From an uncultured Actinomycetes bacterium (GTDB lineage Bacteria; Actinomycetota; UBA4738; HRBIN12): 64,000 nucleotides of DNA. A model generated the notes under the pieces. That model ran no database searches, was not told the DNA's origin, and was given only the letters and a program-made list of their open reading frames with translations. The translations under genes and the position numbers were made by a program. The stretch is from assembly GCA_963826185.1 (NCBI GenBank), contig CAWGVY010000001.1:261732-325731 (forward strand), written 5' to 3'. Positions 39,383-47,916 of this stretch are shown here, piece after piece (the stretch's first letter is position 1; each line of letters begins with the position of its first letter).

Positions 39383-40270
39383 GTGTCCGTGGCCGTGAGG
39401 AAACGTCGTCCAACAGGGGGCCTCGACCAGGAGCAGCGGGCCACCCTGCGGAGGTTGGTCGCGGCGCCCAAGTTCGAGCTGATCCCGTTGAAGGATGCGA
39501 TCGAGCGATCCGAGCCGCTGCCCCACGGGGCCACGGTGACGGTGACGGCATCGCCCAGCCATGGCATCGAGGCCACCCTCGACCTCGCCGAGGCGATGGT
39601 CGAACGCGGTCATGCGGCCATCCCGCATCTATCGGCACACATGATCCGCGATCGGGCACACCTTCGGGACATCCTCCAACGGTGCGGCTCGTCGGGCCTG
39701 TCCCGAACGTTCGTGGTGGGCGGCGATGCGCGCGACAAGGGGGAGTTCCACGACGGCCTGATGTTGCTACGCGCGATGGAGGAGGAGGGCCATCCGTTCG
39801 AGGAGATCGGTGTCCCGGGGTATCCAGAGGGTCACGTCGACATCGCGGACGGCGTCTTGGTGGCGGTGCTCAAGGAGAAGCAGCGCCTGGCGGCGTACGT
39901 GACCACGCAGATGTGCTTCGATCCCGATGCGATCGCCGGCTGGATCGCACGGATGCGATCAGAGGGCGTGACCCTGCCCGTGCACCTGGGGACCCCGGGG
40001 GTGGCGGAGCTCGCGAAGCTCATGACGATCAGTGCGCGGATCGGTATCGCGGACTCAGCCCGATACCTGAAGAAGAACCGGAGGATGGTGGGCCATCTGC
40101 TCTCACCCGGACGTTTCGGACCCGACGCCCTCCTCGAGGGCCTGGCGCCGACGTTCTGCGACCCCATCGCGCGGCTCGAGGCCCTGCACGTGTTCACCTT
40201 CAACCAGGTGGAGGCCACGATCGCGTGGCAGGAGCGCATGCTCGCCGCGCTCGACGAGGAGACCACGTAG
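39383..40270 (+). CDS. metF: methylenetetrahydrofolate reductase family protein
   Basis: 295 aa, 7 nt after the MttB-family gene. MTHFR-like TIM-barrel pattern ('FELIPLK', 'TFVVGGD', 'PGYPEGH'). Assignment from memory of the family. Confidence 0.75.
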   Translation: MSVAVRKRRPTGGLDQEQRATLRRLVAAPKFELIPLKDAIERSEPLPHGATVTVTASPSHGIEATLDLAEAMVERGHAAIPHLSAHMIRDRAHLRDILQRCGSSGLSRTFVVGGDARDKGEFHDGLMLLRAMEEEGHPFEEIGVPGYPEGHVDIADGVLVAVLKEKQRLAAYVTTQMCFDPDAIAGWIARMRSEGVTLPVHLGTPGVAELAKLMTISARIGIADSARYLKKNRRMVGHLLSPGRFGPDALLEGLAPTFCDPIARLEALHVFTFNQVEATIAWQERMLAALDEETT

Positions 40271-40283
40271 CCGAGGAGGGATC

Positions 40284-40748
40284 ATGGCGGAGGACCGATC
40301 GGTGGTGGCCGTGTACGAGACGGATGAGCAGGCGCAGATGGGGTACGAGTCGGTGCGAGAGACGGGGATCGCCGCCGAGCAGATCACCGTGGTCGGGGCG
40401 GGGGAGAGCGGTGCCACGGATGCCTTCGCAGGAGCCGAGAGCCCGACCGCGAAAGGAGCCGGCCGCGGTGCCCTCCTCGGCGGCATCGTTGGCGCTGTGG
40501 TCACCCTGGCGATCCCCGGCGTCGGCGTGGTCTTGGCCAGTGGTCTGTTGGCGGCCGGCGCCGTGAGCGGGGCCGGTCTCGGGATGCTCGCAGAGGTGGG
40601 CGTCCCCACTGCGAACGTGAAGGACTACGAGGAAGATCTGGCCGACGGTCGCTACCTGGTGGTGGTGCACGGCTCGGCCGAGGACGTCGAGCGGGCTCAC
40701 GACGCGCTCTACATGACGGACACCGAGGAGCTCGATCGATACGTCTGA
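40284..40748 (+). CDS. YflT-like general stress protein with glycine-zipper membrane segment
   Basis: 154 aa. 'SVVAVYETDEQAQMGYESVRETGI', the Gly-rich hydrophobic core 'GALLGGIVGAVVTLAIPGVGVVLASGLLAAGAVSGAGLG', and 'YEEDLADGRYLVVVHG'. Confidence 0.6.
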   Translation: MAEDRSVVAVYETDEQAQMGYESVRETGIAAEQITVVGAGESGATDAFAGAESPTAKGAGRGALLGGIVGAVVTLAIPGVGVVLASGLLAAGAVSGAGLGMLAEVGVPTANVKDYEEDLADGRYLVVVHGSAEDVERAHDALYMTDTEELDRYV

Positions 40749-40754
40749 GCGGTG

Positions 40755-41312
40755 TCAGAACCTCGCCGCTTCCAAGAGCCAGTCCAGGAGGTAGTCCGCG
40801 AACGAGGTCCGGACCAGGATGCTGGTACGACCGTCGACCTCCCCGAGGATCACCTGGGCCTTGGCCAGCATCGTCTGAGCGCACATCCCATCGCGCCACG
40901 CGCGCGGATGCAGATCGAGTGAGCATCCCTTCGACAGCAGCGTGAAACGACCGGGACCGCGCAGCTCGAGCGCCACGCGGTTGGCGCTGACATCTACGAC
41001 CGAGTGATGCACGCCGGCCAGGGCCGCCTCGAGCTCCGCGACGATCTGCGGGCCGGAGCCGCCCCCGCCGAGGATGAGCCATTCGTCCGGACCGATCCAC
41101 AGGGCCCGTCGTTGCCGGTCGCCCAGGGTCGTGTTGGGCGTGCGCGGGAGTGGGTGGGGCGCCAGGTCGAGCAGCGACGGATCGAGGCGCAGGTTCACCT
41201 GGCCGAGGAGGGCATGGGCCGCAGTTACGGTTCCCCCGGAGCGCTCGGCGATGCGTTCCAGATCATCGAGCCGGTCGCGGTACGGCGTGCGCCCAAGATC
41301 CTCAGCCGTCAC
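40755..41312 (-). CDS. soxG: sarcosine oxidase subunit gamma
   Basis: GTG 41312 preceded by GGAGGGG. Overlaps the soxA end by 11 nt. '...LWIGPDEWLILGG...VVDVSANRVALELRG...'. An ATG at 41333 is the alternative start. Confidence 0.8.
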   Translation of the reverse strand: MTAEDLGRTPYRDRLDDLERIAERSGGTVTAAHALLGQVNLRLDPSLLDLAPHPLPRTPNTTLGDRQRRALWIGPDEWLILGGGGSGPQIVAELEAALAGVHHSVVDVSANRVALELRGPGRFTLLSKGCSLDLHPRAWRDGMCAQTMLAKAQVILGEVDGRTSILVRTSFADYLLDWLLEAARF

Positions 41313-43986
41313 GACGCATCCCCTCCGGGTCATAGAAGATCGGCGACGTGACCTCGGCTGCGATCGTCCCATCCGGCATCGGAGCGTGCACGGTGGTCCC
41401 GTAGAGCTCTCGGCCCCGTTCGATCATCGCGAGCGCGAACGTTCGCCGCAGGACGGCGCTCCGGTAGCTGGAGGTCACGTGGCCCGCCATGGGCATGGGG
41501 ATCTCGCCGGTGTCCTCCAGGACGATCTGCGCTCCTTCCGGGATCCGGGTGTCTGGATCGACGGGCAGCAGGCCGACCAACCGTTTGCGGTCGGGTCGGA
41601 TCGAGTCCGGTCGAACCAGCGATCGTTTGCCCACGAAGTCCCCCTTGCCAGGGTTCACGATCCACCCCATGCCCAGGTCCTCGGGCGTTACGGTGCCGTC
41701 GGTATCCTGGCCCACGATCACGAACCCCTTCTCGGCCCGGAGCACGTGCATCGTCTCGGTCCCGTAGGGCGTGATGCCGAAGGGCTCACCCGCGGCCATC
41801 ACCGCCTGCCAGACGTCGAGACCGTGCGAGCCGGAGACGTTGATCTCGTAGGCGAGCTCTCCGCTGAAACTCACGCGCGCGACGCGCGCCTGGTGGCCCG
41901 CCACGGTGCCGTCGCGCCATGTCATCCACGGGAAGGCCTCGACCGAGAGATCGATATCGGTGCCCACGGCCGCCACGACCTCTCGGGCACGGGGGCCGTT
42001 GACCGCGATCGTGCTCCATTGCTCCGTGACGCTGGTGCAGTACACCTGCAGCTCCGGCCACTCCGTCTGGAGCCATTCCTCGAACCGGTCCAAGACCTTG
42101 GCGGCGCCCCCCGTCGTCGTGGTGACCAGGTAGCGGTCCTCAGCGAGGCGCATCGCCACGCCGTCATCGAAGACCATCCCGTCGAGCCCGAGCATCAGCC
42201 CGTACCGGATCGCGCCCACCTTCACGGTCGACATCGCGTTGGTGTACATGCGGTCCAAGAACGCGGGGGCGTCTGCGCCAACCACCTCGATCTTGCCCAA
42301 CGTCGATGCGTCCATCGCACCAACCCCGGTCCGCACGGCGAGGCATTCGCGTTGCACGGCGGGGTCCAGATCCTCGGATGGGCTCGCCGGGAAATACCAG
42401 GGCCGCTTCCACTGCCCGACGTTCTCGAACACCGCTCCGCGGGCGAGATGCCAGGGGTGGATCGGGGTGGTCCGCGCCGGATCGAGGAGCGCTTCCCGAT
42501 CGAGGCCCGCGAGCGTGGCGTAGGGGATCGGCGAGTACGGCGGACGAGCGCTGGTAGGACCCTGCGCTCCGCCGCCGTCACCGCGAAGGTGGTTCACGAT
42601 CTCCGCCGTGAGGACGCCGGAGGTGCGGCCCTGGTCGATCGCGGTGCCGATGTATGTGGCTCGCTTGATGTGCTCGACGGACCGGAGGTCGTGGCCCAGG
42701 GCGGCGAGTACATCCGCGACCGTCGCGTCCCGCTGCAGATCCACGAAGTGTCGGCTCAGGTCCTCCGCCGGGGTGAACCAGAACGGGGAGCCAGCAGGCA
42801 CGTTCCCGGCTGCCATGCCCGTTACCTCCAGCCACGTCGGGCCGGATCCATCTGGGACGAAACACGATCGAGCTTCGTCGTAGCGCAGTCCGCCGCCGAT
42901 CGAGCGCCACAGCTGCACCGTGGGGTTCCAGCCGCCGGATACGAGGACCAGATCCGCGTCGAAGGACTCCTGCGCGCCGCCGGGGCCGATGCCGTGCACC
43001 GCGACGACCCGCCGGTCGCCATCCGTCCCGGTGACGGCCCAACCGGTCCGCACGTCGATCCCTTTCGCAAGTGCGAGATCGGCAGCCGGTCCACCCTCGC
43101 CGGCATCCAGGATCGCCACGATCTCCACGCCGGCGTCGGCCAGCACCTCCGCCGACCGGTACGCATTGTGGTTCGTGGTGAACACGACCGCCCGCCGTCC
43201 GGGGAGGACCCCGAAACGATCCGCGTACAGGGCCGCCGATGAGGCGAGCATCACGCCGGGACGGTCGTCGTCTGAGAACGCCACCGGGCGCTCGTGTGCG
43301 CCGGTGGCGAGGACCACTCGTCGGGCTCGCACGTGCCACACCCGCTCCACCGGCCTGGACCGCTCGTGCACGACCACGGACCCCATGTCGTAGATCCCCG
43401 ACGCGGTCGCCCTCGGCAGGACCGTCACCTCCGGATCGGCGAGGAGCGCATCGAGGGTGGCGGCGATCCACGTGGGAGCCGGTTCATCCTCTACGGAGTC
43501 GGTGGAGGCTACGGTGCCCCCGACCCAGTGGCGCTCGTCGACGAGCATCACGCGATCGCCCGTTCGCGCGGCGTCACGGGCCGCGCCCAGACCGGCGATC
43601 CCGCCTCCCACCACCAGGGTCTCGACGTGGATGGAGCGGTGTTCGGCCTTCCGTGGCGTTGGGTCGCCGGCGGGGAGGCGCCCGACCCCAGGCCTGCCTT
43701 CCGCGACGAGCCCTTCGACCAACTCGACGGCGGGGGCGGGGACGATGGGGTCGCACCAAGGCTCGCTCACCTCGACGAACGCGCCCGACTCCTCGACGCC
43801 GGCCGACATCACGCCGCGCGGCCGACCCAGGATCGGTGAGTGACAGACCTCGTCGACATCGGCGGCCAGCAACGCGCTGGCGAGCGTATCCCCCGCGAAA
43901 CCCTGGAGATCTGTGCCGCCGAAGGAGAAGGGGATCGTCGTGGATCGATCGATCCCGTGTCCGAGGTGCGCCGATCGCGAGCCCAT
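41302..43986 (-). CDS. soxA: sarcosine oxidase subunit alpha
   Basis: 894 aa. 'GDTLASALLA', 'LVVGGGIAGLGAARDAA' and a C-terminal GcvT-like folate domain ('VSFSGELAYEINV'). Confidence 0.9.
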   Translation of the reverse strand: MGSRSAHLGHGIDRSTTIPFSFGGTDLQGFAGDTLASALLAADVDEVCHSPILGRPRGVMSAGVEESGAFVEVSEPWCDPIVPAPAVELVEGLVAEGRPGVGRLPAGDPTPRKAEHRSIHVETLVVGGGIAGLGAARDAARTGDRVMLVDERHWVGGTVASTDSVEDEPAPTWIAATLDALLADPEVTVLPRATASGIYDMGSVVVHERSRPVERVWHVRARRVVLATGAHERPVAFSDDDRPGVMLASSAALYADRFGVLPGRRAVVFTTNHNAYRSAEVLADAGVEIVAILDAGEGGPAADLALAKGIDVRTGWAVTGTDGDRRVVAVHGIGPGGAQESFDADLVLVSGGWNPTVQLWRSIGGGLRYDEARSCFVPDGSGPTWLEVTGMAAGNVPAGSPFWFTPAEDLSRHFVDLQRDATVADVLAALGHDLRSVEHIKRATYIGTAIDQGRTSGVLTAEIVNHLRGDGGGAQGPTSARPPYSPIPYATLAGLDREALLDPARTTPIHPWHLARGAVFENVGQWKRPWYFPASPSEDLDPAVQRECLAVRTGVGAMDASTLGKIEVVGADAPAFLDRMYTNAMSTVKVGAIRYGLMLGLDGMVFDDGVAMRLAEDRYLVTTTTGGAAKVLDRFEEWLQTEWPELQVYCTSVTEQWSTIAVNGPRAREVVAAVGTDIDLSVEAFPWMTWRDGTVAGHQARVARVSFSGELAYEINVSGSHGLDVWQAVMAAGEPFGITPYGTETMHVLRAEKGFVIVGQDTDGTVTPEDLGMGWIVNPGKGDFVGKRSLVRPDSIRPDRKRLVGLLPVDPDTRIPEGAQIVLEDTGEIPMPMAGHVTSSYRSAVLRRTFALAMIERGRELYGTTVHAPMPDGTIAAEVTSPIFYDPEGMRRDG

Positions 43987-44268
43987 CTAGGGATCCACCT
44001 CGGGCGGATCCTCACCGATCCGGTAGATCGCCAGGAATCGGTACGTGGCGGTATCGCGCACGGCGTTGAACCAGCGCCGGCAACCGGCGCTGTGCATCCA
44101 GCGTTCGTGGAACGGGCCCTTGGGGTTGTCCCGCATGAACAGGAAGTCGGCCCACTCGCCGTCGGAGAGCGTCTCGGGGTCTGCGGGGTAGGCGATACCG
44201 GCTTGGCCGCCGTAATGGAACTCGGTCTCATCTCGCGGGCCGCACCAGGGGCAGGGGATCAGGAGCAT
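43987..44268 (-). CDS. soxD: sarcosine oxidase subunit delta
   Basis: 93 aa. 'MLLIPCPWCGPRDETEFHYGG...WMHSAGCRRWFN'. Confidence 0.9.
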   Translation of the reverse strand: MLLIPCPWCGPRDETEFHYGGQAGIAYPADPETLSDGEWADFLFMRDNPKGPFHERWMHSAGCRRWFNAVRDTATYRFLAIYRIGEDPPEVDP

Positions 44269-44269
44269 G

Positions 44270-44611
44270 TCAGGCGGTGTCCTCGTCGAAGGTCCTCACC
44301 AGTCGCTTGGGGGCGGTCATGCGCCAGGCCTCGATGATGAGCTCCCGCACCTCATCGGTCCGGGCCCGCGCGATGTGGACACCGACCCACCCGTGCTGCG
44401 CGACATACGGCGGCAGGTAGTAGGCCGCCGCGTTCTCCTCGATCAGGGCTTGCTGTTCCTCATGGATCGACTTGATCGACGCCCGCTTCCCGTCCGTCCC
44501 CATGATCACGAAGATCTTGTTCCGGATCCGGAAGGTCGCCTCGCCCCAGGTCTCCCGCTCCTCGGCCTCCGGCAACGAGAGCGCGATCCGTCGCACGGCG
44601 TCGGCCTTCAT
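44270..44611 (-). CDS. MmcQ/YjbR family DNA-binding protein
   Basis: 'MKADAVRRIALSLPEAEERETWGEATFRIRNKIFVIMG...' Start taken at 44611, downstream of the soxB stop. Inserted between soxB and soxD. Confidence 0.7.
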   Translation of the reverse strand: MKADAVRRIALSLPEAEERETWGEATFRIRNKIFVIMGTDGKRASIKSIHEEQQALIEENAAAYYLPPYVAQHGWVGVHIARARTDEVRELIIEAWRMTAPKRLVRTFDEDTA

Positions 44612-44636
44612 CGCCCCGCCCCGCCCGCCGCATCCA

Positions 44637-45869
44637 TCAGTGCGCGACCGCCGCGGCCCCGTGCTCATCGATCAGTGCGCCCGTCGTGAAGCGCTCCAGG
44701 GCGAACGGGCGCGCCAGCGATCCCGGCTCACCGTTGGCCACGAGGTCGGCGTACACCCACCCGGAGCCCGGCGTCCCCTTGAATCCCCCCGTCCCCCAGC
44801 CACAGTTCACGAACAGGCCGGGGATCGGCGTGACCCCCACTATCGGCGATGCATCGGGGCACACATCGACGATCCCTCCCCAGGTCCGAAGGACGCTCGC
44901 GTGGGCGAACATCGGGAAGAGCTCGAGCGCCGCCGCCATCTGGTGCTCGATCACATGGAACGCTCCACGCTGTCCGTAGCCGTTGTAGGCGTCGATGCCC
45001 GCGCCCATGACGAGCTCACCCTTGTCCGCCTGACTGACGTACACGTGCACGGCGTTCGACATCACGACGCAGTCCAGGATCGGCTCGTAGAGCGCTGACA
45101 CGAGCGCCTGGAGGGGGTGGGACTGCACGGGGAGACGCAGGCCAACCATCGACCCGAGCACGCTCGTGTGCCCGGCCGCCGCCAGCGCCGTCCGGTTCGC
45201 GCGGATCGGTCCCCGGCTCGTCTCCACGCCGGTCACCGCACCGGAAGCATCTCGGAGGAACCCGGTCACTTCGGCGTGTTCCACGATGTCCACACCGAGG
45301 CGGTCCGCGCCGCGTGCGAAGGCCCAGGCGACCTTGTCGTGCCGTGCGACGCCTCCTCGCCGTTGCAGCGTGGCCCCCAACACCGGGTAGCGAACGTCGG
45401 GCGAGACGTTGATCAGCGGGCAGAACGTCTTCACGCCCTCGGCATCCAGCCATTCGGCGTCGACGCCGTTCAGCCGATTCGCGTTCACGCGGCGCAGCGA
45501 GGTCCGGACATCACCGAGGTCGTGCGCGAGGTTCAGTACCCCGCGTTGGCTGAGCTGCACGTCGAAGTCGAGTTCGTCCTCCAGACCCTCCCACAACCGC
45601 AGGGAGTGCTCGTAGATCGCGGCGGACTCGTCCCACAGGTAGTTCGACCGGATGATGGTGGTGTTGCGCGCCATGTTGCCTCCGCCGAGCCAGCCCTTCT
45701 CCACGACGCACACGTCGGTGATCCCGTGGTTCTTCGCGAGGTAGTAGGCGGTGGCCAGGCCGTGGCCACCCCCTCCCACGATGATCACGTCGTAGGCGGG
45801 CTTGGGCTCGGCGGCCCGCCAATAGCGGTTGGGATCGGGCGTACTCAGGACGCTCAGAGCTCCTCGCAT
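44637..45869 (-). CDS. soxB: sarcosine oxidase subunit beta
   Basis: Start at 'MRGALSVLS' (45869) gives 410 aa. '[20 protein letters not shown]', '[13 protein letters not shown]'. Confidence 0.9.
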   Translation of the reverse strand: MRGALSVLSTPDPNRYWRAAEPKPAYDVIIVGGGGHGLATAYYLAKNHGITDVCVVEKGWLGGGNMARNTTIIRSNYLWDESAAIYEHSLRLWEGLEDELDFDVQLSQRGVLNLAHDLGDVRTSLRRVNANRLNGVDAEWLDAEGVKTFCPLINVSPDVRYPVLGATLQRRGGVARHDKVAWAFARGADRLGVDIVEHAEVTGFLRDASGAVTGVETSRGPIRANRTALAAAGHTSVLGSMVGLRLPVQSHPLQALVSALYEPILDCVVMSNAVHVYVSQADKGELVMGAGIDAYNGYGQRGAFHVIEHQMAAALELFPMFAHASVLRTWGGIVDVCPDASPIVGVTPIPGLFVNCGWGTGGFKGTPGSGWVYADLVANGEPGSLARPFALERFTTGALIDEHGAAAVAH

Positions 45870-45978
45870 GTCGGTCGCGATCGATGTCGGGACACCCCAA
45901 GGCTCCGAGACCACGGTCCGAGCGTCAATCGGCGGATGCGCGTTCCGCAACCCGGCGGGCCCGCGCGAGGTGTCGCCA

Positions 45979-46007
45979 TTGACAGCTCACGGGGCCGGGC
46001 GTAGCGT
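45979..46007 (+). promoter_or_regulatory. promoter candidate for the IclR gene
   Basis: TTGACA (45979-45984), 17-nt spacer, TAGCGT (46002-46007). 36 nt before the GTG at 46043. Confidence 0.4.
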
Positions 46008-46042
46008 CCGGCGCGGTTGCCGATGCCGAGAGGTGTTGCGGA

Positions 46043-46846
46043 GTGGGAGACGGTTCGGACGGTACGCCCGTCGGCGGGAACCTCCAATCCGTCAACCGGG
46101 CCCTGCGCGCACTCGAGTTGATCGCGGAGGCGGGGGAGCTGGGGGTCACGGAGCTCGGGCGGCGACTGGACGTCCATAAGGCCACCGCCTCGCGCCTTGT
46201 GGCAACCCTCGCCGAGCGCGGGCTGGTCGAGCGCGATCCGGTGACCGAGAAGTACCGCCTGGGGTTCGGGCTGATCCGTCTTGCCGGGGCGGCCATGGCC
46301 AGCTTGGACCTGGTCCGCACCGCGCGCCCGATCATCGAGGACCTCGCCGACCGGACCCGTGAAACGGTGAACCTGGGGGTGCTCTCGGGCGATGCGGTCG
46401 TGTACATCGATCAGGTGACGGGAACCCGTTCGATCGTGGCCGTGAGCTGGGTGGGCCGGCGCACCCCGCTGCACTGCACATCCAACGGCAAGGTGCTGCT
46501 GGCCTCGCTGGGGGACGCGGAACGTGATCGGATGCTGTCGGTGCCGCTGGAGCGCACGACACCGGGAACGATCGTGGATCCGGACACGCTCCGAGGCCAG
46601 CTGGCCGAGATCCGCCTGAAGGGGTACGCCCAGACGATGGAGGAGCTCGAGGAGGGATTGAACGCCGTCGCGGCCCCGATCCACCGGGCCGACGGCGAGA
46701 CGGTCGCGGCGCTGAGCGTCTCGGGGCCCGCGTTCCGGATGCGCCCCATCGACCTGCCGCGGATCGGGCGGATGACGATGGAGGCGGCCTCGGCGATCAG
46801 CCGGCGGCTCGGCTACGTGGAGCGCAGACGGCCGGCCGCCGGCTGA
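46043..46846 (+). CDS. IclR family transcriptional regulator
   Basis: 267 aa. 'LQSVNRALRALELIAEAGELGVTELGRRLDVHKATASRLVATL' HTH plus an IclR effector domain. Divergent from soxB. Confidence 0.9.
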   Translation: MGDGSDGTPVGGNLQSVNRALRALELIAEAGELGVTELGRRLDVHKATASRLVATLAERGLVERDPVTEKYRLGFGLIRLAGAAMASLDLVRTARPIIEDLADRTRETVNLGVLSGDAVVYIDQVTGTRSIVAVSWVGRRTPLHCTSNGKVLLASLGDAERDRMLSVPLERTTPGTIVDPDTLRGQLAEIRLKGYAQTMEELEEGLNAVAAPIHRADGETVAALSVSGPAFRMRPIDLPRIGRMTMEAASAISRRLGYVERRRPAAG

Positions 46847-46861
46847 GATGGAGGTGGGGAC

Positions 46862-47902
46862 GTGAACGTGGCGTGGGATGCGCATCGAACCGAGGTCCCG
46901 ACCCTCCTCCAGACGATCGGGCTGACTCCGCTCGTACGCCTCCAGCGTGTGGCCCCGGCGGGGATCGAGATCCTGGCGAAGGTGGAATGGTACGGGCCCA
47001 CAGGCTCGGTGAAGGACCGGATCTACGCCCGGATGCTGTCGGAGGCCGAGGAGCGAGGAGATCTCCGCTCGGGCATGACGATCATCGAATGCACGACGGG
47101 GAACGCCGGGATCGCGTGCGCCGCCGTGTCGGCGATCAAGGGATACCGGTGCGTGATCGTGATGCCGGAGGGGATGAGTCCGGAGCGCAAGGCGATGATC
47201 GCGGCGTACGGCGCCGAACTCATCCTCACACCCGGCGCTGGCACCGACATCGATCTCGCGCTGGCCAGGATGCGGGAGATCGTGTCGGAGGACCCCCTTG
47301 CCTACTTCTTCCCGGGTGAATTCGAGAACCCCGATAACCCGGGCGCCCAACTGGCGTCGGGTGAGGAGATCTGGGAACAAGCGGGCGGCCGGATCGAGGC
47401 CGTGGTGGCGTCCCAGGGAACGGGAGGGTGGATCACCGGCGTGGCTCGGGCCCTCAAGGCCCACGATCCGAGCGTGCGTGCGTTCGCGGTGGAGCCTGAG
47501 GAGTGCCCATTGATCTCCTCGCAGCGCTGGGGCACCCACGGCGTCCCCGGGATCGGCGACGGGATCATCCCCGCGAACCTGGATCTCGCCTGCATGGACG
47601 GCGTCGTGACCGTGTCTACCGCGGACGCGCTCGCGTTCGCGCAACGCCTGTCTCGCGAGGAGGGCATGTTCTGCGGTCCGTCCTCGGGGATCAACGTGGC
47701 GGCGGTGCACAAGGTCGCCGCTGCCCACCCCGAACTGCATCGGATCGTGACGGTGATCCCCGACACCGGCCAGCGGTACCTGAGCGGCGAGCTCGTGGGT
47801 GAGCGCCCCGCGGTCGAGGAACCGGACCGCGACCACGCGATCGATGCCGCCACCTTGGAGCGACTGGCGGCGCACAGGAAGCGCTTGGAGTTCATCGCGT
47901 AG
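46862..47902 (+). CDS. PLP-dependent cysteine synthase/CBS-family protein
   Basis: 346 aa. 'TGSVKDRI' (PLP lysine), 'TTGNAGIA', 'GTGG', and a roughly 35-aa C-terminal extension. Confidence 0.82.
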   Translation: MNVAWDAHRTEVPTLLQTIGLTPLVRLQRVAPAGIEILAKVEWYGPTGSVKDRIYARMLSEAEERGDLRSGMTIIECTTGNAGIACAAVSAIKGYRCVIVMPEGMSPERKAMIAAYGAELILTPGAGTDIDLALARMREIVSEDPLAYFFPGEFENPDNPGAQLASGEEIWEQAGGRIEAVVASQGTGGWITGVARALKAHDPSVRAFAVEPEECPLISSQRWGTHGVPGIGDGIIPANLDLACMDGVVTVSTADALAFAQRLSREEGMFCGPSSGINVAAVHKVAAAHPELHRIVTVIPDTGQRYLSGELVGERPAVEEPDRDHAIDAATLERLAAHRKRLEFIA

Positions 47903-47916
47903 CTCACCCGGGCGGA

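Noticed and set aside
41074-43242. Long antisense 'shadow' ORFs of 400-720 aa. Examples: 41074-43242 (+), 57326-59494 (-), 45854-47875 (-), 31471-33060 (-), 55502-57040 (-), 25529-27091 (-), 25639-27057 (+), 48807-50063 (-), 915-2312 (-).
   Set aside because: Each lies opposite or out of frame to a gene with strong family motifs. Their translations are Arg/Pro/Gly/His-rich low-complexity sequence, typical of stop-poor frames in high-GC DNA. I see no recognisable domains or start context.
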